NCBI GenBank assembly: GCA_964474445.1
Contig: CAYYSJ010000002.1
Span: 119,570-183,569 of the forward strand
Direction: 5' to 3'
Length of the DNA: 64,000 nt
From: an uncultured Gammaproteobacteria bacterium
Lineage (GTDB): Bacteria; Patescibacteriota; Microgenomatia; Levybacterales; UBA12049
Within the stretch, counting starts at the first letter, position 1. The number at the start of each line of letters is the position of its first letter. The position numbers were made by a program, and so were the translations under genes. The notes beneath the pieces are model-generated. The model searched no databases. It had not been told where the DNA came from and was given only the letters and a program-made list of their open reading frames with translations. Positions 1 to 8,879 of this stretch are shown one piece after another.

Positions 1-104
1 ACCAATTTTTTCTTGATAGCATCAACAGCGAGTATTCGTTCATCCATAAATATTTGGTACCACTTACAAGATACTAGCTATTTGTTTTCTTTTTCAACTA
101 GTAA

Positions 105-836
105 TTAAGATGGCTTTTCTAACCTTGCTTTGACAATAAGCCGTTTCCAAATTGTTCCTGGAGGAGTACATGTAATAAGAGTGATATAACTATCATCGTA
201 AGTTTGTGAAAGAACAGACGTATCTTCTGGTTCTACAACGGTCAAAGAAACTATTGAGTAGGTAAAGATAACACCATTGACCGTTGCGATAATTGTATCT
301 CCTGGTTGCAGCGTATGCACATTGGCAAAAATCGTTTTGTAGTCATTCGGATTAAAAAGTTGGGGAAGTGTTGAATGACCAAAAATGACCGTATTTCCTT
401 TGTCAGGAGGGACAGCTGTACCGGAAAGATTGACAAGATGTTTGGAGAGATCTGTATCAAAAGTTGAGACTTGCGCATTGACAATATGAAGCTTGGGAAT
501 AGAAAGGGTATAGGCAGTCTCACGTGGAGCTGTATGCGAGACAGTATAGGTAGGGTACCAATTAGCTGCGTTCGTAAAATCAATACCTGAGAGTGTCTGC
601 AAACTTGCATTTACAAGGCTTGCAATAGTGATATTTGTCACAACACTATGTTGTGGAATAGGGACTGTTACTTGTTGTTCAGCAAATGCTGGAGCGAGAG
701 TCAATTGCCATAAAATAAGAGGACTAAAGACATAGAAGACAGTACCTAAACCTCCTAAGAAAATAAAAAGTCCTACACATCGTAAGACAATCTTCATGTT
801 CACAAATGAGGGGTTTTTGTAGTAGTACTTATTCAT
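105..836 (-). CDS. Sortase-family transpeptidase (N-terminal TM; His in GHSTLPQ; TLITC catalytic Cys; downstream Arg)
   Basis: The translation carries the sortase signature TLxTC with upstream His and downstream Arg, plus an N-terminal hydrophobic anchor. Its ATG overlaps the stop of the upstream gene (ATGAATAA), which suggests translational coupling. Confidence 0.72.
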   Translation of the reverse strand: MNKYYYKNPSFVNMKIVLRCVGLFIFLGGLGTVFYVFSPLILWQLTLAPAFAEQQVTVPIPQHSVVTNITIASLVNASLQTLSGIDFTNAANWYPTYTVSHTAPRETAYTLSIPKLHIVNAQVSTFDTDLSKHLVNLSGTAVPPDKGNTVIFGHSTLPQLFNPNDYKTIFANVHTLQPGDTIIATVNGVIFTYSIVSLTVVEPEDTSVLSQTYDDSYITLITCTPPGTIWKRLIVKARLEKPS

Positions 837-3195
837 TGGCAGAAAGATTTATTGTAATATTTCTTGATAAGCGAGGAAGTATCTGTGGCAGGAAGAAAAG
901 ATTAGGTGAAAGCTTAAACGTTACTCCTGCAAATTGTGGTGTCCCTGATAGAATTTCTTTTGCTTGTGAGAATGATTTACCGGCGATCTGAGGTGCAATT
1001 GTTTTGGTATCAAGATTAGGAAGCAGTGATGCTTTCATATCAAGCGTTGCTTTTGCACTACCGTCTTTTTGCAGTAAGTCCTTGACGTCATATGTGATGC
1101 CTTGTGAAGCAAGACGCATATCAGCAGGAAACTGACCTTGCATAACTGATTTTGTGTAGGTATCAATATCAGATTTTTTATAAGAAAGACTTTGATATGA
1201 AACAGTCCCAGTGAGGTTAATACTCGTTGCTTGATCACTAACTTTTTTATCAAACGAGCTTTTTGTAATTGTTGTTTTTGTAAAACTTGGCAATATAACG
1301 ACGTCACTGGTTGCTTGCTGTTGCAAATCTTGTTTTGCTTTATCAGTAAGGCTATTGGTCAATTGACCAGATAAATTATCGAGATCTTTTTGTGCAACAA
1401 CAGTAATTGTTTTTTTAGTACCACCAGAAAAAGCATTGTCATTTTTTGCAGCAACTGTCGAACTTGTTCCAACGCTGAATTTTGTACCAGAAGGAAGATT
1501 ATATTCAGTTCCGATATCTGCAGCAGTAACAGGAACATCCTGTTTTCCAGGCTGTGTCCCAGAGAAGATATCTCCACTTGCTGATGCTATTGTCACATCT
1601 TTATCAAGAGTAAATTTGAGACTATTCGAAGAGGTGATTGTTGTTCCTGCAGATAATGTTTTAGCTGAGTCATTATTGTTAAAAATAGTGACTGTCCCTT
1701 TTGCTTTATCACCAATATCTTTACTTCCTGTTGCATTGCCAGATACTGTTCCGTCTTCTGTAACCCCAATATTTGTTGCTGCAATTGTTCCAGAAGTCGT
1801 ATCACTTGAACCAGAAGTTGAAAAGGTCACTGACTGATTTTGTTCGATGACTTTTGGTGTTAAAGAAAGGGTAGCAATTGCATGTATTCCAAAAATATAC
1901 CAAATAAAAAAAAGAACAAGAAGTATAAGAATACCTGGAATAACAAAGATTGCTTTATTGCCACCCGCTGGGATAGGAGAAGGCAGATGAGTAGGAAATG
2001 AAAGGGGATTTTTAGGGAGGCCTTTTTTGATATTTTCAAAAGTTTTTTTTGCGCCTTCCACAAATGCTGGACCGCTGACACTAAATCCCGGAGTGACATT
2101 TGTTTCTTCCTCTTCTTTCACTTTCTCCGGGATTTCTTCAAATGAGTCAGATGCATAATGAGAGATGTGGGGTGTATCTGTTTTTATAATATCTTCATCT
2201 TTGACAAAACCAAAGTATTCCTGACTTGAATCCTCTGCAATTTCTTTTGCATCTTCTTGCTGAAATAACTGGGAAGAGCGATGATCGTGGGGAGTTTCTT
2301 CTCTTTCACCCTCATGAGTCTTTTTAGGGAAGGGGAAAGTAATCTGAGTTTTTTCTTCTTCGTTTGTATCTTCTACAGTTTCTTCTAGATTTTCCATGGG
2401 CTTTGTACTTGGTGCTTCACGTTGTTTTACCAAATCAATTGCATCAAATCCCATTTGCGTTGCTGTCCCAAAAAGAATTGCTCTCGTATCAAAATCTGAC
2501 GCGAGTGTGGTGGCTTGGGGAACATGAAGAAATGGAAGAGATTTGCTCCAATGATGGCTTATGAATGCATGTTCTGCTTTTTGATCACCATTATCAAATA
2601 AGATAAGACGAGAAGGGAAGATTTCTACATTTTCAAATTGTTTGAGTGCTGCTTCAACTGTTTGAGTGAGACTTTCACCGAAAGGTATTTCTTTTGTGGC
2701 AATGATTCTTCCCGCTCGGATAAGAGTAAGTGATACCTGCCTTTTCCCTGCATCAACAAGAATACCGGAAACAGGTGCTCCTTCTTCTTTCTGTAATAAA
2801 TGAGCAATTGCTTCTGGAAAAACCAAAAACCCAATTGGTTGCAAGTCGAGTTCTTGGCTCATTTGCTTGAGTTTTCCTAAGTACTCTTTTGTAATATGCG
2901 AATCTACTACCCAACTTTCTTTTACCCCAAAAACTGTTTTGTGTGTTTGAACACCATCTGGTAATGATTGCTCTGCAATACTAATTGCTCGATCTGCTGC
3001 ACTGAGCAGATTCTCTGAAGAGACATGTTCAAGAGAAGCAGGTAATTCTGCTTTCCCTTGCCCTATAACCTGGATTCGTCCTCCTACCTCTTCAAAAACG
3101 ACGGCATGAACATGTTCGTCACGAAGAAGAAAAGCCAAAAAATATTCTGTTGGCGGAGCCTTTTTAAAGAGAGACCCTAGTATAGGTAGCTTCAT
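829..3195 (-). CDS. Large bitopic membrane protein: N-terminal degenerate actin-like ATPase fold (FtsA/PilM/MreB-like, ~250 aa), acidic disordered linker, one TM helix, ~370 aa Ser/Thr/Gly-rich extracellular domain
   Basis: The N-terminus aligns by eye to the beta1-beta2 and phosphate-2 regions of FtsA/PilM (HAVVFEEVGGRIQVIGQGK; ILVDAGKRQVSLTLIRAGRIIATKEIPFGES), but the DxGT motif is replaced (FLLRDEH). A hydrophobic segment AIFVIPGILILLVLFFIWYIFGI follows, then an S/T-rich C-terminus. Confidence 0.45.
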   Translation of the reverse strand: MKLPILGSLFKKAPPTEYFLAFLLRDEHVHAVVFEEVGGRIQVIGQGKAELPASLEHVSSENLLSAADRAISIAEQSLPDGVQTHKTVFGVKESWVVDSHITKEYLGKLKQMSQELDLQPIGFLVFPEAIAHLLQKEEGAPVSGILVDAGKRQVSLTLIRAGRIIATKEIPFGESLTQTVEAALKQFENVEIFPSRLILFDNGDQKAEHAFISHHWSKSLPFLHVPQATTLASDFDTRAILFGTATQMGFDAIDLVKQREAPSTKPMENLEETVEDTNEEEKTQITFPFPKKTHEGEREETPHDHRSSQLFQQEDAKEIAEDSSQEYFGFVKDEDIIKTDTPHISHYASDSFEEIPEKVKEEEETNVTPGFSVSGPAFVEGAKKTFENIKKGLPKNPLSFPTHLPSPIPAGGNKAIFVIPGILILLVLFFIWYIFGIHAIATLSLTPKVIEQNQSVTFSTSGSSDTTSGTIAATNIGVTEDGTVSGNATGSKDIGDKAKGTVTIFNNNDSAKTLSAGTTITSSNSLKFTLDKDVTIASASGDIFSGTQPGKQDVPVTAADIGTEYNLPSGTKFSVGTSSTVAAKNDNAFSGGTKKTITVVAQKDLDNLSGQLTNSLTDKAKQDLQQQATSDVVILPSFTKTTITKSSFDKKVSDQATSINLTGTVSYQSLSYKKSDIDTYTKSVMQGQFPADMRLASQGITYDVKDLLQKDGSAKATLDMKASLLPNLDTKTIAPQIAGKSFSQAKEILSGTPQFAGVTFKLSPNLFFLPQILPRLSRNITINLSANE

Positions 3196-3301
3196 ACATC
3201 AGTAACCAATTAGCTTCTAATTACTTGTTTTAGCATATCACGATATGTTATTTGTAGCAAATTGTCAGGATATGTGATCGAGGGATGAAAAGTCGGGTTC
3301 T

Positions 3302-5179
3302 TTAGCTAACCAATGCATACAATCTCATAAGGTTATTTCCAAGTTTTTCTTGTTTTGTAATCGTAAATGATTGTATAACACCGGTATGTGCAACATGAGG
3401 TCCTCCGCAAAATTCTTTAGAGTAGGCGTTATAGTCACCTTCTTTTCCAGATCCTCCTATAATATATACTTTTACCTGCTCTTGATATTTCTCGTCAAAA
3501 AGACCGATAGCGTTAATGTCTTTCGCTTTCTGAAGTGGCATCATTTCAAATCTTACTGGCAAATCTTCTGTAATTTTCTCATTGACTGTTCTCTCAAGAG
3601 AGACAAGTTCCTCATTAGTTAATTTTCTGTCAAAGTTAAAATCAAATCGAAGTCTTTCAGTTGTAATATTAGATCCTGATTGATGAACTTGTGTTCCGAG
3701 CAAATCCCTTATTGCCTGATGTAAAAGATGCGTTGCCGTATGACCTTTCACTGTCAGATCTTGCGTATCAGCTAGCCCGCCTTTGAATTTTCCAGCTGAT
3801 GCTGTCTTTGAAAGGTTTTGATGTTCCTTGATTTTCTCAGCCAATTCCTCCTGATTGAATGTATACCCAAGACTTTTCAACTGGGTTGGGGAGAGTCCAA
3901 AGGATGAGATTGCCTTGAAAGCTGTCTCAGGAGAAATTTCCACTACTCCCAGAAGTTCATCCCCCTCTCTAACTCCAGGCAATTTTTCAGGTGACAGGGC
4001 CTGTTTTTGTACATCTTTTTCAATAAGCTTTTTGGCATTAGAGAGCGTTTGTTGGTATTTTTGTTGTTCAGTAAGAAGAGTAAGCAGAATTGGTTCAAAG
4101 TTATCTGTAAGATAAGGATCAGTTTCTTTATATTCTGCAACAATTGCTTCTACAATAGTTTTTGTATCTGCATCTTTTGCAAGTTCCCATAAGTGATCAA
4201 GGCCACGTCTGATAAGCCTTCGCAAAATATATCCTTGTTCTTTATTTGAAGGTAAAATACCATTTGCTGCCATCATAATACTCCCAAGCAGATGATCTGT
4301 TACAACTCTCATGTGTTTTTCGTTCCCTTTATAGGATTTATTGGTTGCTTTTTCTATTACCGTAATGATTGGTTTAAAAAGAGAAGTATGAAAAACATCA
4401 ACCTGATCCTCTGCTGCTGCTAAAAGTCTTTCAAGGCCGCCACCAAAATCAACATTTCGTTGAGGGAGTTCTTTAAAGGTACCATCATCTTGTTTCTGAT
4501 ACTGCATAAAGACACTATTTCCAATTTCCATAAATCGTCCACAGTCACAATTCACATGACATGTCTCATCTTTCCATGGACTATTTTCGTGCAGTTGTAA
4601 ATCTGCCCCAAAATCATAGAAAACTTCACTGTCAGGTCCTCCTGGTTCGCCAGCTGGCATCTTGTCGGGAGTTCCAGAGCGAGACCACCAATTTTTCTCA
4701 ACGCCGTATTCAAAAATTCTTTCATCTGGATTGAGTTCTGCATCAGAAAAGAGTTTTTTCCAAATTGCAGTAGAAGTTTCATCTTCCGGTATTTGATCGT
4801 TTCCTTTAAAAACAGTGACATAGAGCCTTTGTGGATCAAGACGTAGTTCTTTTGTTAAAAATTCCCAAAACCAGGGAATCTGTTCTGTTTTAAAATAGTC
4901 TCCCAATGACCAGTTGCCAAGCATCCGGAAAAAAGTTGTATGTCTGTTGTCTCCAATTTCATCGATGTCTTGTGCCCTGAAACAATTCTGAACATTTACA
5001 AGTCTTTTTCCAGCAGGATGAGACTCTCCTAATAAATATGGTACTAAGGGCTGCATACCGGAAGAGGTAAAAAGGGTAGTTGGATCATTTTCTGGCACCA
5101 GAGGAGCATTGGCAATTCGTGTATGCCTTCTCTTTTCAAAATATGAAATATATAAATCAATAATTTCTCTAGCCGTCAT
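3302..5179 (-). CDS. alaS: Alanyl-tRNA synthetase (short form, no C-Ala domain)
   Basis: The protein carries class II AlaRS motifs (LVPENDPTTLFTSSGMQP; FRMLGNWSLGDYFK) and the editing-domain motif GGPHV...HTG. The ORF-track start at 5233 is probably over-extended. The ATG at 5179 (MTAREII) sits 7 nt downstream of a TTGCTATAAT -10 element. Confidence 0.85.
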   Translation of the reverse strand: MTAREIIDLYISYFEKRRHTRIANAPLVPENDPTTLFTSSGMQPLVPYLLGESHPAGKRLVNVQNCFRAQDIDEIGDNRHTTFFRMLGNWSLGDYFKTEQIPWFWEFLTKELRLDPQRLYVTVFKGNDQIPEDETSTAIWKKLFSDAELNPDERIFEYGVEKNWWSRSGTPDKMPAGEPGGPDSEVFYDFGADLQLHENSPWKDETCHVNCDCGRFMEIGNSVFMQYQKQDDGTFKELPQRNVDFGGGLERLLAAAEDQVDVFHTSLFKPIITVIEKATNKSYKGNEKHMRVVTDHLLGSIMMAANGILPSNKEQGYILRRLIRRGLDHLWELAKDADTKTIVEAIVAEYKETDPYLTDNFEPILLTLLTEQQKYQQTLSNAKKLIEKDVQKQALSPEKLPGVREGDELLGVVEISPETAFKAISSFGLSPTQLKSLGYTFNQEELAEKIKEHQNLSKTASAGKFKGGLADTQDLTVKGHTATHLLHQAIRDLLGTQVHQSGSNITTERLRFDFNFDRKLTNEELVSLERTVNEKITEDLPVRFEMMPLQKAKDINAIGLFDEKYQEQVKVYIIGGSGKEGDYNAYSKEFCGGPHVAHTGVIQSFTITKQEKLGNNLMRLYALVS

Positions 5180-5186
5180 AAAAAGT

Positions 5187-5196
5187 ATTATAGCAA
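5187..5196 (-). promoter_or_regulatory. Extended -10 element TTGCTATAAT (minus strand) 7 nt upstream of the alaS ATG; implies a leaderless transcript
   Basis: The reverse complement of plus-strand ATTATAGCAA is TTGCTATAAT. The same motif recurs before other genes in the window. Confidence 0.45.
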
Positions 5197-5332
5197 AGAG
5201 CAGGATACGAAAGACAGAGCCATGGTCACTCAATAGGAATAGTATGAAATACAGCGAGGAGAAGATGTTGATCTACTCAAATTGATCTCATCATTTCCTT
5301 ACTATTCTGTGTCGCAAAACTTAAAAAGGTGC

Positions 5333-5361
5333 TTGACATATAAAAAATGCTATGGTATAAA
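5333..5361 (+). promoter_or_regulatory. Sigma70-like promoter upstream of rpoB (TTGACA, 17 nt spacer, TATAAA)
   Basis: -35 TTGACA at 5333-5338, a 17-nt spacer, and -10 TATAAA at 5356-5361. Confidence 0.5.
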
Positions 5362-5380
5362 CATAGCTACCTTAGCAAAA

Positions 5381-5412
5381 TAAAGGAAGGGTCGATCGAC
5401 CTTTTTCCTTTT
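5381..5412 (+). promoter_or_regulatory. Strong hairpin (AAGGAAGGGTCGA / TCGACCTTTTTCCTT) followed by a T-run, lying inside the rpoB leader between the promoter and the start codon; attenuator-like
   Basis: The core GGGTCGATCGACC is near-palindromic and is followed by TTTTTCCTTTTTTTT, giving an intrinsic-terminator geometry about 50 nt upstream of rpoB. Confidence 0.4.
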
Positions 5413-5459
5413 TTTTGGTGAAGTACAACTGTCCGAAGCTAATCCTAATTTAGAAAGCC

Positions 5460-8400
5460 TTGCCAAGAATGCCAAAGAATACCACGAACGACAACATTAG
5501 ACAAAACTGGGGACGAACATATTCCATCGTGCCTGAATTGGACCTTCTTTCTATTCAAAAAACATCATACCAATGGTTTAAAGAGCATGCAATTGGTGAA
5601 ATCCTTCAAGAAATCTCTCCTGTTGAGGATTTTACCGAAAAAAACTGGCAACTTACTTTTGGACATTATCGGATCGGTAAATCAACCTACAGTCCAGAAG
5701 AAGCAATGAATAAAGGAGTAACATTTGATGCCCCACTCTATGTAGAAGCAACCCTCTTAAACAAGAAAACCGGTGAAACCCAGACACAAGAAATTTTCTT
5801 AGGAGATATTCCTCAGATGACAGAGAGAGGAACATTTGTTGTAAATGGCATTGAGAGATCTGTTGTTAACCAGTTAGTGAGAAGCCCTGGTGTCTTCTTT
5901 ACTGCAACAGTAGATCCAGTTACCGGAAAACCTCTCTATACAGCAGAAGTGCGGCCTGTTCATGGAAGTTGGCTCGAATTTTCAACAACAAGGCACGGTA
6001 CCATTACCGTAAAAATTGATAGACGACGAAAATTCCCAGTGACTACCTTCCTTCGAGCGATCGGTATTTCTTCAAATGATGATATCCGGGATCGATTTAC
6101 AGGAATTACAGACAAAGAAGCATTTATTGATAACACACTTCAAAAAGATGAAACAGCTTCTGAAACAGAAGCTATGATTGAAATTTTTAAGAAGATGCAC
6201 CCAGGCGAACCTGTTGTGTTAGAAAAAGTCCGTGAATCACTTAACGGACTTTTCTTTAATAATAGAAGATATGATTTAGGTCCAGTTGGAAGATATAAGA
6301 TTAATAAGAAATTAGCAGACACTCAAAACTTTAGACCAGCTGAAGAAAGAGTATTGTCTGTTGATGATGTTGTTGGTACCATTGCATACCTTATTGGTCT
6401 TTCTCAAGGGAATGGTGTTGTTGATGACATTGATAGTCTTGCAAATAGAAGAATTCGATCTGTTGGAGAACTCGTTGCTTCCACTGCATTCAGAGTTGGA
6501 GTATTGCGACTTGAGCGAAGTATTAAAGAAAGAATGTCTCTGATGCAAACAGACGTTCCTTCAACAATTGCAAACCTTATTAATGCTCGACCTATTATGG
6601 CAGCACTCAACGAATTCTTCCGAACCTCCCAGCTTTCCACAATCCTTGACCAAACAAACCCATTAGCAGAAGTAGACAATCTGAACCGTCTTACCGTTAT
6701 GGGTACTGGTGGTATCTCACGAGAGCGCGCAGCCTTCTCTATCCGAGATATTAATGCATCCCAATACAGTAGAGTCTGTCCAATTAGAAGTCCTGAAGGT
6801 CCAAATATTGGTTTGGTTACCTATCTTTCCTTATATACAAGAGTAAATGGGTATGGCTTCTTGGAAGCACCATATAGAAAGGTTGAAGTCAAACAGGACG
6901 GAAAGAAATCTGTTGTGAGTGCATCTGAGGAAATTGTCTATCTTGATGCAGAAGATGAACAAAAGCACTATATTACTCATGCAGGTGCGTTAGACGAAAA
7001 TAATGAACTTACAACAGATCGAGTCCCTGCACGATTTAGAGGCGAGTTTATTGAAATTGAAAAGGAAAAAATTGAATATGTTGATGTAACCCCACAACAA
7101 GTTGTTGGATCTTCAGCAAGTCTTATTCCTTTTGTTGCTCATGATGAAGCTAACCGTGCGCTCATGGGTACTCACATGCAATGTCAAGCAGTGCCACTTG
7201 TAAAGCCAGATAGTCCAATTGTTGGAACAGGAATGGAAGGCAAAATTTCTGAAGTTATGGGACGAGTTGTCAAAGCTCCATTTGATGGGAAAATTACCCA
7301 TGCAGATGCACGAAGTATTGTTTTAGAAGGCAAGAATGAAAAGCAAACATTCATGCTTGAAACATTCCATCGAACAGCAGCAACAACAGCATACACACAG
7401 AAAACAGTAGTCAAAGCAGGTCAATTAGTTAAGAAAGGTGACATCCTTATTGATGGTCCAGCATCACAGAATGGAGAACTCGCTTTGGGTCAAAACCTTC
7501 TTATTGCATATGCATCATTTGAAGGTCTTGGATACGAAGATGCTATTGTTATCTCTGAAAGACTCGTCAAAGAAGATATCCTCTCCAGTATTCATATTGA
7601 GAAATATGAAGCATCAGTTGTTGAAACAAAACTTGGACCAGAAGAAACAACACGAGATATTCCAAATGTGTCAGAGGAAGATTTAGCAAATCTTGATGAA
7701 GATGGAATTGTTGTTATCGGATCAGAAGTCGGACCAGGTGATATTTTAGTTGGAAAGATTGCACCAAAAGGTGAAACAGAATTAACGGCGGAAGAAAGAC
7801 TTTTGAGAGCAATCTTTGGAGAACAAGCACGAGAAGTTCGCGATACCAGTTTGAGAATTCCACATGGTGAAAGAGGAACAGTAGTCAACGTTCAAATCCT
7901 TGACCGAAAGAAAGGTGACGAACTTGAACCAGGAACAATTCGAAAGATTGTTGTTGAAGTTGCTCAATTTAGACACGTTGTTGTTGGAGATAAGCTTGCA
8001 GGACGACATGGAAACAAAGGTGTTATTTCTCGAATTCTTCCAGCATCTGATATGCCATATCTGGAAGATGGAACACCAGTTGATATTGTTATTTCTCCAA
8101 TCTCAGTGCTTGCTCGTATGAACTTGGGGCAGTTACTCGAAGCACATCTTGGGTGGGCAGCACAAAAAATGAATATCAAAGTTGCAACTCCAGTCTTTGA
8201 AAAGATTGAAGAAAAACGAATTCGAGAACTATTGAAAGAAGCAGGTCTTCCAGAAGACGGAAAAGCAAAACTTTATGATGGAAGAACCGGTGAAGCATTC
8301 GAAAATCCAGTTGTTGTCGGTATTGAATATGTGATGAAACTTATTCACATGGTTGAGGACAAGGCACATGCTCGAAGTACTGGTCCATACTCTCTCGTTA

Positions 8401-8864
8401 CCCAGCAACCTCTTGGAGGAAAAGCACAAATGGGAGGTCAGAGACTTGGAGAAATGGAAGTATGGGCACTTGAATCACATCGTGCACAGCATATTTTGCA
8501 AGAAATGCTTACCTACAAATCTGATGATGTTGTGGGACGAACCAAAGCATTTGAAGCAATTGTGAAGGGTACAGATATTCCAACACCACGAGTTCCTGAA
8601 TCATTTAAAGTTTTGGTAAAGGAATTACAAGCGTTGGGTCTTAAAATAGAGGCAGTAGAAGCAGAATTGACTGTTGATGAAACAACTGCTCCAACAGGAG
8701 AAGTACCAGCAGATTTGGCAGCAGAAGAAGTAAGAGAACAAGCAGAAGAAATGGAAGAAGAATTGGGAGGAGCGGAAGTTGCTGAAGGAGAGGAAGGATT
8801 AGATATTGCAGAAAATGAAGAAATAAGAGAGAATATGAGTTCACCAGAAGGAGGAGAAGAATAA
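5460..8864 (+). CDS. rpoB: DNA-directed RNA polymerase subunit beta, with acidic C-terminal tail
   Basis: The full-length beta subunit is conserved throughout (SYQWF, rifampicin-region and GDK(L/F)AGRHGNKG motifs). The start is ambiguous between TTG at 5460 and ATG at 5469. Confidence 0.95.
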   Translation: MPRMPKNTTNDNIRQNWGRTYSIVPELDLLSIQKTSYQWFKEHAIGEILQEISPVEDFTEKNWQLTFGHYRIGKSTYSPEEAMNKGVTFDAPLYVEATLLNKKTGETQTQEIFLGDIPQMTERGTFVVNGIERSVVNQLVRSPGVFFTATVDPVTGKPLYTAEVRPVHGSWLEFSTTRHGTITVKIDRRRKFPVTTFLRAIGISSNDDIRDRFTGITDKEAFIDNTLQKDETASETEAMIEIFKKMHPGEPVVLEKVRESLNGLFFNNRRYDLGPVGRYKINKKLADTQNFRPAEERVLSVDDVVGTIAYLIGLSQGNGVVDDIDSLANRRIRSVGELVASTAFRVGVLRLERSIKERMSLMQTDVPSTIANLINARPIMAALNEFFRTSQLSTILDQTNPLAEVDNLNRLTVMGTGGISRERAAFSIRDINASQYSRVCPIRSPEGPNIGLVTYLSLYTRVNGYGFLEAPYRKVEVKQDGKKSVVSASEEIVYLDAEDEQKHYITHAGALDENNELTTDRVPARFRGEFIEIEKEKIEYVDVTPQQVVGSSASLIPFVAHDEANRALMGTHMQCQAVPLVKPDSPIVGTGMEGKISEVMGRVVKAPFDGKITHADARSIVLEGKNEKQTFMLETFHRTAATTAYTQKTVVKAGQLVKKGDILIDGPASQNGELALGQNLLIAYASFEGLGYEDAIVISERLVKEDILSSIHIEKYEASVVETKLGPEETTRDIPNVSEEDLANLDEDGIVVIGSEVGPGDILVGKIAPKGETELTAEERLLRAIFGEQAREVRDTSLRIPHGERGTVVNVQILDRKKGDELEPGTIRKIVVEVAQFRHVVVGDKLAGRHGNKGVISRILPASDMPYLEDGTPVDIVISPISVLARMNLGQLLEAHLGWAAQKMNIKVATPVFEKIEEKRIRELLKEAGLPEDGKAKLYDGRTGEAFENPVVVGIEYVMKLIHMVEDKAHARSTGPYSLVTQQPLGGKAQMGGQRLGEMEVWALESHRAQHILQEMLTYKSDDVVGRTKAFEAIVKGTDIPTPRVPESFKVLVKELQALGLKIEAVEAELTVDETTAPTGEVPADLAAEEVREQAEEMEEELGGAEVAEGEEGLDIAENEEIRENMSSPEGGEE

Positions 8865-8879
8865 GCAGGAGTTTGCTTA

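Noticed and set aside
251-610. 119-aa ORF nested antisense in the sortase gene, and the 806-991 plus-strand ORF spanning the sortase/large-protein junction
   Set aside because: They overlap the coding sequences of the two minus-strand genes and their composition is hydrophobic low-complexity, so they are shadow ORFs.
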